From Candidatus Magasanikiibacteriota bacterium (GTDB taxonomy: Bacteria; Patescibacteriota; Patescibacteriia; Magasanikbacterales; UBA922), in the NCBI GenBank assembly GCA_003510435.1, contig DOMK01000018.1:14121-78120 (forward strand): 64,000 nucleotides of DNA. The letters are read 5' to 3'. Below are positions 36,791 to 45,032 of this stretch, piece after piece (positions within the stretch are counted from its first letter, which is position 1; each line of letters begins with the position of its first letter). The notes beneath the pieces are model-generated. The model saw only the letters and a program-made list of their open reading frames with translations. It was not told the DNA's origin and did no database searches. A program made the position numbers and the translations under genes.

Positions 36791-37855
36791 ATGAAAAACT
36801 TAGTTAACAACAACATACTAAAGATGCAACCCTACAACCCGCCCATCGAAGGCCGGGCGGGTTTGGGTTATCTTTTATTAGATTTTAATGAAAGAACTGA
36901 ACCTTATGACAAATATATTAACCAATATCTAAAAAAATGCTTAAACAATAATACTCTAAATATTTACCCAGCTTATAAAAATATTTATGAAAAAATTGCC
37001 AAATATGCTGGTGTTAAAAAAGACAATATTTTAATCACAAATGGTTCTGGCCAAGCCATTGAAATAATTTTTAAAACTTTTACCCAAAAAAATGATCAAG
37101 TTATTATCCCCTCACCCAGTTTTGCTAGATTTTATCAAAATGCAAACATAAGTAATAATATTATCATCACACCACAATACAATAAAAGTGATCTTTCTTT
37201 TCCATTAAATAAAGTACTTAAAAATATAACTTCTAAAACAAAAATGATTATTATTTGTAATCCCAATAATCCCACTGGCACCAGTCTATCACTAATAGAA
37301 ATTGAGCAAATATTACAAAAAACTAAAAATTCTCTTGTCTATATTGATGAAGCATATTTTGAATTTTCAAATATTACGGCGGTGCCATTATTGAAAAAAT
37401 ATCCAAACTTAGTAATTAGTCGAACATTTTCCAAAGCCTTTGGCTTAGCTTCATTACGGATTGGTTATATTATCGCCAACGAAAAACTAATAAAAGAAAT
37501 GCAAAAAGTTCGTGGGCCTTATGATATTAATACTCTGGGTATCAAAGCAGTTGAATATGTATTAAAAAATATTTCTGGATTAAAAAATTATGTAGATGAA
37601 GTGATGACAAAATCCAAACCAATTTTAGAAAAATATTTAACACAAAAAAATATTAAATATTATAATAGCAATGCTAATTTTGTTTTGATCAAACCCACAA
37701 ATCCTAAAAAAGTTTTTAATCATCTCAAAACTAATAACATTCTAACCCGTCCTCGTATTGACTCAGTTATTGAAGGCACAATTCGGATAACTATTGGTAC
37801 AATCAAACAAACTAAAAAACTAATAGCTATACTAGATAAATTAAATATATGTTAA
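36791..37855 (+). CDS. hisC: Histidinol-phosphate aminotransferase
   Basis: Class II aminotransferase; PLP lysine context SRTFSKAFGLASLRIGY. Confidence 0.85.
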   Translation: MKNLVNNNILKMQPYNPPIEGRAGLGYLLLDFNERTEPYDKYINQYLKKCLNNNTLNIYPAYKNIYEKIAKYAGVKKDNILITNGSGQAIEIIFKTFTQKNDQVIIPSPSFARFYQNANISNNIIITPQYNKSDLSFPLNKVLKNITSKTKMIIICNPNNPTGTSLSLIEIEQILQKTKNSLVYIDEAYFEFSNITAVPLLKKYPNLVISRTFSKAFGLASLRIGYIIANEKLIKEMQKVRGPYDINTLGIKAVEYVLKNISGLKNYVDEVMTKSKPILEKYLTQKNIKYYNSNANFVLIKPTNPKKVFNHLKTNNILTRPRIDSVIEGTIRITIGTIKQTKKLIAILDKLNIC

Positions 37856-38895
37856 ACAAATACGCTTTTATAGACAGGGATGGTGTACTAATCTTTGAAC
37901 CTGAGGATACCAAACAAATTGATTCTCTAAATAAACTAAAGATATTAGACGGCGTTATTCCTGTTTTAAAACAATTAATAGTTGATGATTATAAATTAAT
38001 TATGGTTTCTAACCAAGATGGTTTGGGTACAACCAGTTTTCCCCGAACTAATTTTGATATTGTCCAAGATAAATTATTAGATAATTTGAAAAAAAAAGGG
38101 ATAAAATTTTATAGAATATTTATCTGTCCACATCTGCCAAGTAATAATTGTTCTTGTCGAAAACCAGAGACTGGTTTAATTAAAGAATTTTTATTAGTAA
38201 AACCAATGGATAAAGCCAGATCTTTTATGATTGGTGATAGGGATTCTGATAAACAATTTGCCAAAAATCTTGGTATAAAATTTTATCAAACCAATACTAA
38301 TTCAAGTTTTCCTCGTTTAGCAGAACTAGAACGTAATACAAATGAAACCAAAATTTTTACTCAACTAAATCTAGATGGAATCGGTAATTATAATATTGAT
38401 ACTGGTATAAAATTTTTTGATCACATGCTAGAACAAATTGCTAAAAATTCTTTAATTGATATAGACATAAAATGCACTGGTGATTTGTCTGTAGATGAAC
38501 ACCACACCGTAGAAGACGTAGGTTTAGCTTTGGGAGCTACAATAAACAAAGCTCTAACCAATAAAAAAGGTATAAACCGTTATGGGTTTTTGTTACCCAT
38601 GGATGAAGCCTTGGCAGAAGTGGCCATTGATTTAAGTGGACGACCATTTCTAGTCTGGAATGCAAAATTCAAACGCGAAAAAATTGGGGACATACCAACT
38701 GAATTATTTGAAGATTTTTTTCGTGCTCTTAGCAACAATCTACAAGCTAACATTCACATCAACATCCGTTATGGTCGAAATGAACACCACATGGCTGAAG
38801 CTATTTTCAAGGCTATTGGCAGAACCTTGCGCCAAGCAATTGAAAATGACCCTAGACAAAAAAACTTAATCACTAGTACCAAAGGAATCTTATGA
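37849..38895 (+). CDS. hisB: Bifunctional histidinol-phosphatase / imidazoleglycerol-phosphate dehydratase
   Basis: N-terminal HAD motif FIDRDGVL..MVSNQDGLG..GDRDSD; C-terminal IGPD motifs (DEHHTVEDVG, GRNEHHMAEAIFKA). Confidence 0.9.
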   Translation: MLNKYAFIDRDGVLIFEPEDTKQIDSLNKLKILDGVIPVLKQLIVDDYKLIMVSNQDGLGTTSFPRTNFDIVQDKLLDNLKKKGIKFYRIFICPHLPSNNCSCRKPETGLIKEFLLVKPMDKARSFMIGDRDSDKQFAKNLGIKFYQTNTNSSFPRLAELERNTNETKIFTQLNLDGIGNYNIDTGIKFFDHMLEQIAKNSLIDIDIKCTGDLSVDEHHTVEDVGLALGATINKALTNKKGINRYGFLLPMDEALAEVAIDLSGRPFLVWNAKFKREKIGDIPTELFEDFFRALSNNLQANIHINIRYGRNEHHMAEAIFKAIGRTLRQAIENDPRQKNLITSTKGIL

Positions 38896-39479
38896 TCGCT
38901 ATTATAAATTATCAAGCTGGAAATATTACCTCAGTGGCCAATGCTCTTAATAAATTAGGCGTAGATTATGTTATCACCGCTGACAAAGAAATAATTAGAA
39001 AAGCTGACAAAATAATTTTTCCAGGCCAAGGCAGAGCGGGCCAGGCTATTAAGGAACTTAAAAAAGCGGGACTGATTGATCTGATTAAAAACACTTCAGT
39101 CCCCTTTCTTGGTATTTGTTTGGGATTACAAATCTTAGCCACGTCTTCTGATGAAGACAATACCAGATGCTTAGGTATAATTCCTGGCACAGTAAAAAAA
39201 TTCTCTTCAGAATTGAAAATACCACAAATTGGTTGGAATAAAGTAAACCTAACCAAACGATCGTTCCTAACGCAAGATATACCAGACAGTACTTATTTTT
39301 ATTTTGTCCACTCTTATTATCTCATAACTGAAAACAAATATATTATTGGTAAAACCAACTATGATATTGAATATCCAACCATTATAAATAAAAATAATTT
39401 TTATGCCACTCAATTTCACCCAGAAAAATCTGGTGACGTTGGTTTAAAATTATTAAATAATTTCTGCAAGTTATGTTAG
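38892..39479 (+). CDS. hisH: Imidazole glycerol phosphate synthase, glutaminase subunit
   Basis: Class I glutamine amidotransferase; GICLGLQ catalytic Cys, QFHPEKS. Confidence 0.85.
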   Translation: MIAIINYQAGNITSVANALNKLGVDYVITADKEIIRKADKIIFPGQGRAGQAIKELKKAGLIDLIKNTSVPFLGICLGLQILATSSDEDNTRCLGIIPGTVKKFSSELKIPQIGWNKVNLTKRSFLTQDIPDSTYFYFVHSYYLITENKYIIGKTNYDIEYPTIINKNNFYATQFHPEKSGDVGLKLLNNFCKLC

Positions 39480-40948
39480 TTATTCCCGCAATTGATATTC
39501 TAAATGGTAAATGTGTCCGTTTGACCCAGGGTAATTTTAGTTTGGCTAAAAAATATTCTAATAATCCCGTACAAATGGCTAAAAGGTTTACCCAAGCTGG
39601 TGCCACTCGTATACACATTGTAGACCTAGACGGCGCTAAATCTGGTAAACCAATAAACTTTACTCTTATTAAAAAAACTAGACAATCAACTCCGGCTATT
39701 CTTGAAATTGGTGGCGGAATAAGAAATTTAAAAACTGCCAAAACTTACTTAGATCTTGGTATTGATAAAATTATTATTGGCACCAGTGTAATTAAAAATT
39801 TAAAATTAATAAAAAATCTTATTGATAAATACGGCAGTCAAAGAATAATTATCGGCTTGGACTTAAATAAAGATAAAATTGTCATTAACGGCTGGAAAAA
39901 AACTAGTCAACAAAATTATTTATCACTGGCAAAAAAACTAAAGAAAATTGGCACTAGAGAAATAATTTGCACTGATATTTCCCGTGACGGAATGCTTTCC
40001 AATCCAAATTTAGAACCAATTAAAAAATTACAGGCTCTAGGCTTCTGGGTAATAATCTCTGGTGGTATAGCTAATATAAATACAATAAAAAAACTACAAA
40101 CCCAAAAATTCTATGGTGCAATTTTAGGTAAAGCCTTGTATGAAAATAAAATCAACTTTAAACAAGCAATTAAATTAACCAAAACAACCAATAATTTAAC
40201 CAAACGAATTATTCCTTGTTTAGATGTTAAAAATAATCAAGTGGTAAAAGGTATAAAATTCAAAAAACTTACTTTTGCTGGTGATCCAGCTGAACTTGGC
40301 AAAAAATATGCCGAGGCTGGCGCGGATGAATTGGTTTTTTTAGACATCACGGCCACCTTAGAAAAAAGAAAAACCCTATGCTCTATGGTACAAAAAATCG
40401 CTAACAATATTTTTATTCCTTTTACCGTGGGTGGTGGAATTAAATCAGTCAAAGATATTAGCGCAGTATTAAAAGCCGGAGCTGACAAAATTGCTATAAA
40501 TACGGCTGGAGTTTTAAATCCCAAATTGATTAAACAAGCGAGTAAAAAATTTGGTTCACAATGCATTGTCGTAGCGATTGATACTAAAAAAGTTAATAAT
40601 GATTATTTTGTCTATATTAATAGTGGTAAAACAAAAACCAAACTAAAAGTTCTGGATTGGGTAAGGCAAGTAGAAAAACTGGGGGCAGGAGAAATATTAT
40701 TAACTGCCATTGACCGCGATGGTACCAAATCTGGCTTTGATAACAATCTACTCCGACAAATTTGCTCAACTGTTAATATTCCAATAATTGCTTCTGGTGG
40801 CGCTGGTAAATTGGCTGACTTTAAAAATGCCATAATAAAAGGTGGAGCTGACGCTGTCTTAGCTGCCAGTATTTTTCACTACAATAAAAAAACCATAAAT
40901 ACTCTAAAAAAATATTTAAAGAAAAATAATATTAATGTCAGAATATGA
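39473..40948 (+). CDS. hisAF: HisA::HisF fusion (ProFAR isomerase fused to imidazole glycerol phosphate synthase cyclase subunit)
   Basis: Residues 1-240: HisA ([15 protein letters not shown]...[10 protein letters not shown]). Residues 245-491: HisF ([33 protein letters not shown]...[15 protein letters not shown]). One 491-aa ORF. Confidence 0.9.
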   Translation: MLVIPAIDILNGKCVRLTQGNFSLAKKYSNNPVQMAKRFTQAGATRIHIVDLDGAKSGKPINFTLIKKTRQSTPAILEIGGGIRNLKTAKTYLDLGIDKIIIGTSVIKNLKLIKNLIDKYGSQRIIIGLDLNKDKIVINGWKKTSQQNYLSLAKKLKKIGTREIICTDISRDGMLSNPNLEPIKKLQALGFWVIISGGIANINTIKKLQTQKFYGAILGKALYENKINFKQAIKLTKTTNNLTKRIIPCLDVKNNQVVKGIKFKKLTFAGDPAELGKKYAEAGADELVFLDITATLEKRKTLCSMVQKIANNIFIPFTVGGGIKSVKDISAVLKAGADKIAINTAGVLNPKLIKQASKKFGSQCIVVAIDTKKVNNDYFVYINSGKTKTKLKVLDWVRQVEKLGAGEILLTAIDRDGTKSGFDNNLLRQICSTVNIPIIASGGAGKLADFKNAIIKGGADAVLAASIFHYNKKTINTLKKYLKKNNINVRI

Positions 40949-41550
40949 AACTAATTCCTACAATTATCCAAGATGAAAGTACTGACGTGGTGCTGATGTT
41001 AGGTTATATGAATGATGAGTCACTCAAAAAAACTAAAAAGACAAAAAAAGTCTGGTTTTATAGTCGCTCAAAAAAACGTCTCTGGCTTAAAGGTGAAACC
41101 AGTAAAAATTATTTATTTGTAAAAAGCATAGACTTTGATTGTGACAAAGATACCATTCTTATTAAAGTAAAACCCGCTGGACCAACCTGCCACACTGGTA
41201 ATTATTCTTGTTTTAAAAAAAAGCCTGAGATAAATCCCTTGGTTGAATTGTTTTCCACAATAGAAGATAGAAAAAAGAATCTACCTAAAAATTCTTACAC
41301 CACCAGTTTATTTAAAGGTGGTATAAATAAAATTATTGGTAAAGTAATGGAAGAAACTACTGAGGTAATTAATGCCTCTATCCGAGAAACAAAAAAACGT
41401 TTAATAGAAGAAACGGTCGATTTACTTTACCACCTTTTTGTTTTATTAAGTAAAAAAAATATTAAATTGGAAGATGTTTTTAAGGAGATTGAAAAACGCA
41501 GAAACAAAAAATCCCGGGCTTCATCTGCGACTACGCCCGGCAAGCCCTAA
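40945..41550 (+). CDS. hisI: Bifunctional phosphoribosyl-AMP cyclohydrolase / phosphoribosyl-ATP pyrophosphatase
   Basis: HisI motif CHTGNYSCF followed by a HisE-like C-terminus. The last ~13 codons are supplied by repeat element R1. Confidence 0.85.
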   Translation: MKLIPTIIQDESTDVVLMLGYMNDESLKKTKKTKKVWFYSRSKKRLWLKGETSKNYLFVKSIDFDCDKDTILIKVKPAGPTCHTGNYSCFKKKPEINPLVELFSTIEDRKKNLPKNSYTTSLFKGGINKIIGKVMEETTEVINASIRETKKRLIEETVDLLYHLFVLLSKKNIKLEDVFKEIEKRRNKKSRASSATTPGKP

Positions 41551-41607
41551 CATCTTTTCTAAAAAAAGACTGACCTGCCCAGCGTAGCTTTAGCGAAGCC
41601 TGGGTTT
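41507..41607 (+). repeat. ~100-nt structured repeat element R1 (second copy R2 at 53926-54035)
   Basis: Conserved blocks gactacgcccggcaagc and tgcccagcgtagctttagcgaRgcYgggtt around a variable loop; outer stem cccgggcttc/gaagcctggg. Overlaps the hisI 3' end. Confidence 0.6.
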
Positions 41608-41705
41608 CTTGCCTTGTGTTTGCGCGCAAGCTTGGGTGCTGGAGTTGGTCCGCGGCTCCAGCACCGCGGGTGACATTCCTATGCCACCATACCCCCTTCT
41701 TGTTG

Positions 41706-42329
41706 TTAGATTGCCAGACACTCTGCGACGATATAGCGATTCATCACCGCCATACCATCGACCATCTCACCCTCCTCAATTCTGTGTGTCTCTACAATCT
41801 TAAAACTACCCCAAAGAACATAATCACGCAAAGAATTCTCTGAAAAGTAGAAATCTTCACGCTTACCCCCGTTACCATTCCCATTTAAGATTTTCACGGG
41901 AAATGGCTCATCACCTTCGGCCACTCTAACAGCCAAAAGCAATGGAGCTCCAAGACACATAACTCTACGCAATTCTCGTACAGATGCCATAATCTCTTGT
42001 ACACTATGCATGTTATGCAATACTCTCCAAGAGAGTACTGCACTAAAATAATCATCTGGAAAAGGAAGCTGAGAAAATCTTTGTACCTCAACAAAATTTT
42101 CCAAACCAATAGTAGCTTGACGAGCCCATGGTCCGTCTACTGCGACAACTTCTCTACCGAGAGATCGCAGAACTGATAGATTTCGCCCTCTCCATGCTCC
42201 CCAGTCCAGAACTGGGTTGCGTTCTGAACTCGTAAGGTGGTGGAGCAGGAATTCTTGACCGGAACCAGCCACGAACCCACTAGGTTCATAGCCGATTTCA
42301 TACTTACTCCCTCCGTGCCACTTATCCAT
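41706..42329 (-). CDS. Class I SAM-dependent methyltransferase-like protein (GC-rich island)
   Basis: Degenerate motif I VLDWGAWRGRN, acidic post-I VAVD, motif II-like region. About 48% GC. Strong Shine-Dalgarno AAGGGAGGAAAAAG. Confidence 0.5.
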   Translation of the reverse strand: MDKWHGGSKYEIGYEPSGFVAGSGQEFLLHHLTSSERNPVLDWGAWRGRNLSVLRSLGREVVAVDGPWARQATIGLENFVEVQRFSQLPFPDDYFSAVLSWRVLHNMHSVQEIMASVRELRRVMCLGAPLLLAVRVAEGDEPFPVKILNGNGNGGKREDFYFSENSLRDYVLWGSFKIVETHRIEEGEMVDGMAVMNRYIVAECLAI

Positions 42330-42414
42330 CTTTTTCCTCCCTTTGTTGGGTTGTAGACTCTACCACAATATCGACTTTACAAATCAATATTATGGTAAAG
42401 TCTATTACATAATT

Positions 42415-44199
42415 CTAACTATATTTTTTTCGCAAAATTTTTCCTGCGCCTACTTCATTTTTTAATTTTAAGTAAGCTTCATCCAACGGCACATTAGCTT
42501 GCGAACCAGGAGCAAAACCACAATCCGGATTTAAAATAATTCTGTTCGGTGCCACATACTGCAAAGCTTTTTCTACTCGTGTCACAATTTCTTCTGGTGT
42601 ATCAATGTGTTCAAATCTGCACTCCACACAACCAAGACCTACTTTAAATTTTTCTGGTAAATTTTTTAAGGCGCTAAAATCACCGGCAACTGGGATGCTA
42701 TATTCCAACACAAATTGATCTACATCAATGGCGCTAATGGCAGAAATAATAGCCTCATAGCCACCTTTACCAATCCAACCTTGTCTACCTTTATTGCGCC
42801 GACATAAATGTAATGCTGTTTCTATTCCGTCAATTCCTTTCACAACTTCATTAACTACTTGACAGGCATAATTTAACTCTTTTTTCGGGTCAGAAAATTG
42901 AGTTCGTAATTCTTTATCAACAAATAGACAAATATGAGGATCATCAATTTGCACAATATTAGCACCAGCCTCCCGTAATAAAATAATTTCATTGCGAAGT
43001 ATAGGAATAAGGGCTTCCACAAAAGCCTCACGAGTTGGATAGGCTTTTATAGATTTTTTTTCATCCCACAATCGTTGACCAAGAAGATAAGGCGACGGCA
43101 GGCACACTTTAATTTTTTTAATAGTATGTAATTTCAAAAATTTTGCTTCACGTGCAAAAAACCCAGGTTTATCATAAACCAATTTTTCTTCCACCGTATG
43201 CCATGAACGGCCATCACTTGAATTAAAATAATGTTTAAAACCAGAAGCTATATTGGCTATTACTCCCACATAAGATTTGCGTCGCCATTCTCCATCAGAA
43301 ATTACATCCAAACCAGCCTGCTCTTGCAGTGCTATGGCATAAGCCACTGCCTTATCCAAAATAGGAGAAAAAGGATCACCCTCATTTAGAATAACATCTT
43401 GAACAAATTGTGGTCGCGGCAAACTACCTACAACACTTGCTGGAAATAGCTGTGAGGCAGGTTTCCAAAATTTTTGAGCATAAGCATAATCTTCCAGAGT
43501 ATCAATTTCAATATAGTCACCATGAGTAGTAACAAAATTAATTTTTACACCTTGCTGAACCAAATAATTTAAATAATGTAAAAGATAAGCACGATTTAGC
43601 GGAATGTTTTTTTCAAACTGAAAATTTTTTGGAAGGTTACAAAAATATTCTTTAAATATTTTAGCACCGGCTCGAGAAAATTTAGCCAAGCCAATAAATT
43701 CTCCTGTTGCCAAATCATCTGGAATTGTGCGGCTAAGAGTAGTAATTAGTTCGCCATCCGCTGTTACTTTTTCTGCATCAATGGAGGGGTGAAGACTACG
43801 ATGTACATACCGAGCACGCCAATCAGTATCTACTGCTATGGTAATATCCGCCGGGCTAGCCAATAGTTTTTTAACAATCTCTGGTTTATACAGAATATCC
43901 GAATATGAGCAGATAAAACCATCGCCCATATCATTTATCGCGTAAAAGAGCGATTTTAAAATATTATTATTTTCCCAATTAGTATTATGTCGAAAAGTAA
44001 AATAAGGATATTGTTTTCTTACAACGTCAATTAAATAACCCCCAATAAAAACAATATCCCGTAGTTCTTTTGCTTGATGCGCTTCCAAAATCCAATCTAA
44101 TATCCTTTTATTGTGAACACGAGTAAAAGTTTTTGGTTCAGTATTAGTTAGATGCTCCAACCGCTTACCACGGCCAGCACCTATAATAATTGTTTTCAT
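42415..44199 (-). CDS. Fusion protein: N-terminal sugar-phosphate nucleotidyltransferase plus C-terminal MetE-like (cobalamin-independent methionine synthase family) Zn-dependent domain
   Basis: N-terminus MKTIIIGAGRGKRLEHLT (G-rich NTP-transferase loop). C-terminus VGSLPRP, VQIDDPHI, LHLCRRN, LEYSIP, NPDCGF align with the MetE C-terminal IGSFPQT, IQIDE, HMCY, ENS, NPDCGL Zn-site motifs. Confidence 0.75.
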   Translation of the reverse strand: MKTIIIGAGRGKRLEHLTNTEPKTFTRVHNKRILDWILEAHQAKELRDIVFIGGYLIDVVRKQYPYFTFRHNTNWENNNILKSLFYAINDMGDGFICSYSDILYKPEIVKKLLASPADITIAVDTDWRARYVHRSLHPSIDAEKVTADGELITTLSRTIPDDLATGEFIGLAKFSRAGAKIFKEYFCNLPKNFQFEKNIPLNRAYLLHYLNYLVQQGVKINFVTTHGDYIEIDTLEDYAYAQKFWKPASQLFPASVVGSLPRPQFVQDVILNEGDPFSPILDKAVAYAIALQEQAGLDVISDGEWRRKSYVGVIANIASGFKHYFNSSDGRSWHTVEEKLVYDKPGFFAREAKFLKLHTIKKIKVCLPSPYLLGQRLWDEKKSIKAYPTREAFVEALIPILRNEIILLREAGANIVQIDDPHICLFVDKELRTQFSDPKKELNYACQVVNEVVKGIDGIETALHLCRRNKGRQGWIGKGGYEAIISAISAIDVDQFVLEYSIPVAGDFSALKNLPEKFKVGLGCVECRFEHIDTPEEIVTRVEKALQYVAPNRIILNPDCGFAPGSQANVPLDEAYLKLKNEVGAGKILRKKYS

Positions 44200-44216
44200 A
44201 GTATAATATTAATAAA

Positions 44217-44311
44217 TAAAAAACCTTCGCTCTGTTAAGCGAAGGTGGATAAAATTAAGAATAAACTTAATCAGGCCTTCGCTTAAAAGACATCATCATC
44301 GCCATCATCAT
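44217..44311 (-). promoter_or_regulatory. Candidate leader-peptide transcription attenuator (antiterminator/terminator alternative)
   Basis: Segment A AAGCGAAGG (44284-44276, inside the leader ORF) and segment C AGCGAAGG (44231-44224) are both perfectly complementary to segment B CCTTCGCTT (44245-44237). B:C is an 8-bp stem with a 6-nt loop followed by 6-7 U, ending about 20 nt before the downstream ATG. Confidence 0.5.
44267..44311 (-). CDS. Candidate leader peptide MMMAMMMSFKRRPD (6 Met in the first 7 codons)
   Basis: ATG ATG ATG GCG ATG ATG ATG TCT TTT AAG CGA AGG CCT GAT TAA on the minus strand. Confidence 0.35.
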   Translation of the reverse strand: MMMAMMMSFKRRPD

Positions 44312-44535
44312 ATTTAGTTTGCAATAAAATTCCATAAAAAAACTTCTAACCATAGGTAGAAGTAGTATATAAAACATCTTCCCCTTATGGGTTGGAATTA
44401 CCACCTTGTCTTAAAGATAGGTTGGTAGAGAGTCATTGGGCCAATTCCCTCGTCTCTTCTTGATATAAATTAATTGTCTGTATTTAGATTATCACCACAT
44501 CATTAAATCGTCAAACAACGACTGTGGATAACTAA

Positions 44536-44958
44536 CTACTTTATTTTTAACATCTCAATCACCTGCCAATGATCAAACGCCATATCATCTGATTTAAGTT
44601 CATCTATATTTTTTATTATTAATTCTTTAGCATCACTATCTGCTTTACAATCTTTGAGCATCTCTTCTGAAGGCAAATTTATTTTATAAACAATAGAAAT
44701 TCTTCTTCCTGGTCTTGGATCACGATTCAACCCATCTAAAATAATTAAAAAAACTAAATCTTTAGGATCGATAATTAATCCAGTTTCTTCTTGCAGTTCC
44801 CGAGCACAAGCATGTCTGATATCAATATCATCTAGATCAACATGTCCACCAGGAAAAGCAAATTTCTCCATGAACGGTTCTTTGGCACGCTTAATTAATA
44901 ATATTTTTTCATTATTGATTGTCACTACCGGATCTACTGTAAGTAATATTTCATTCAT
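44536..44958 (-). CDS. Nudix hydrolase
   Basis: Nudix box GGHVDLDDIDIRHACARELQEETGL. Confidence 0.85.
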   Translation of the reverse strand: MNEILLTVDPVVTINNEKILLIKRAKEPFMEKFAFPGGHVDLDDIDIRHACARELQEETGLIIDPKDLVFLIILDGLNRDPRPGRRISIVYKINLPSEEMLKDCKADSDAKELIIKNIDELKSDDMAFDHWQVIEMLKIK

Positions 44959-45032
44959 ATAAATTTATAAAAAATCAATCAAAATTATTTACTATCAGTG
45001 AAATCATTTTGTAAATCTGTATAATCAGTGTT

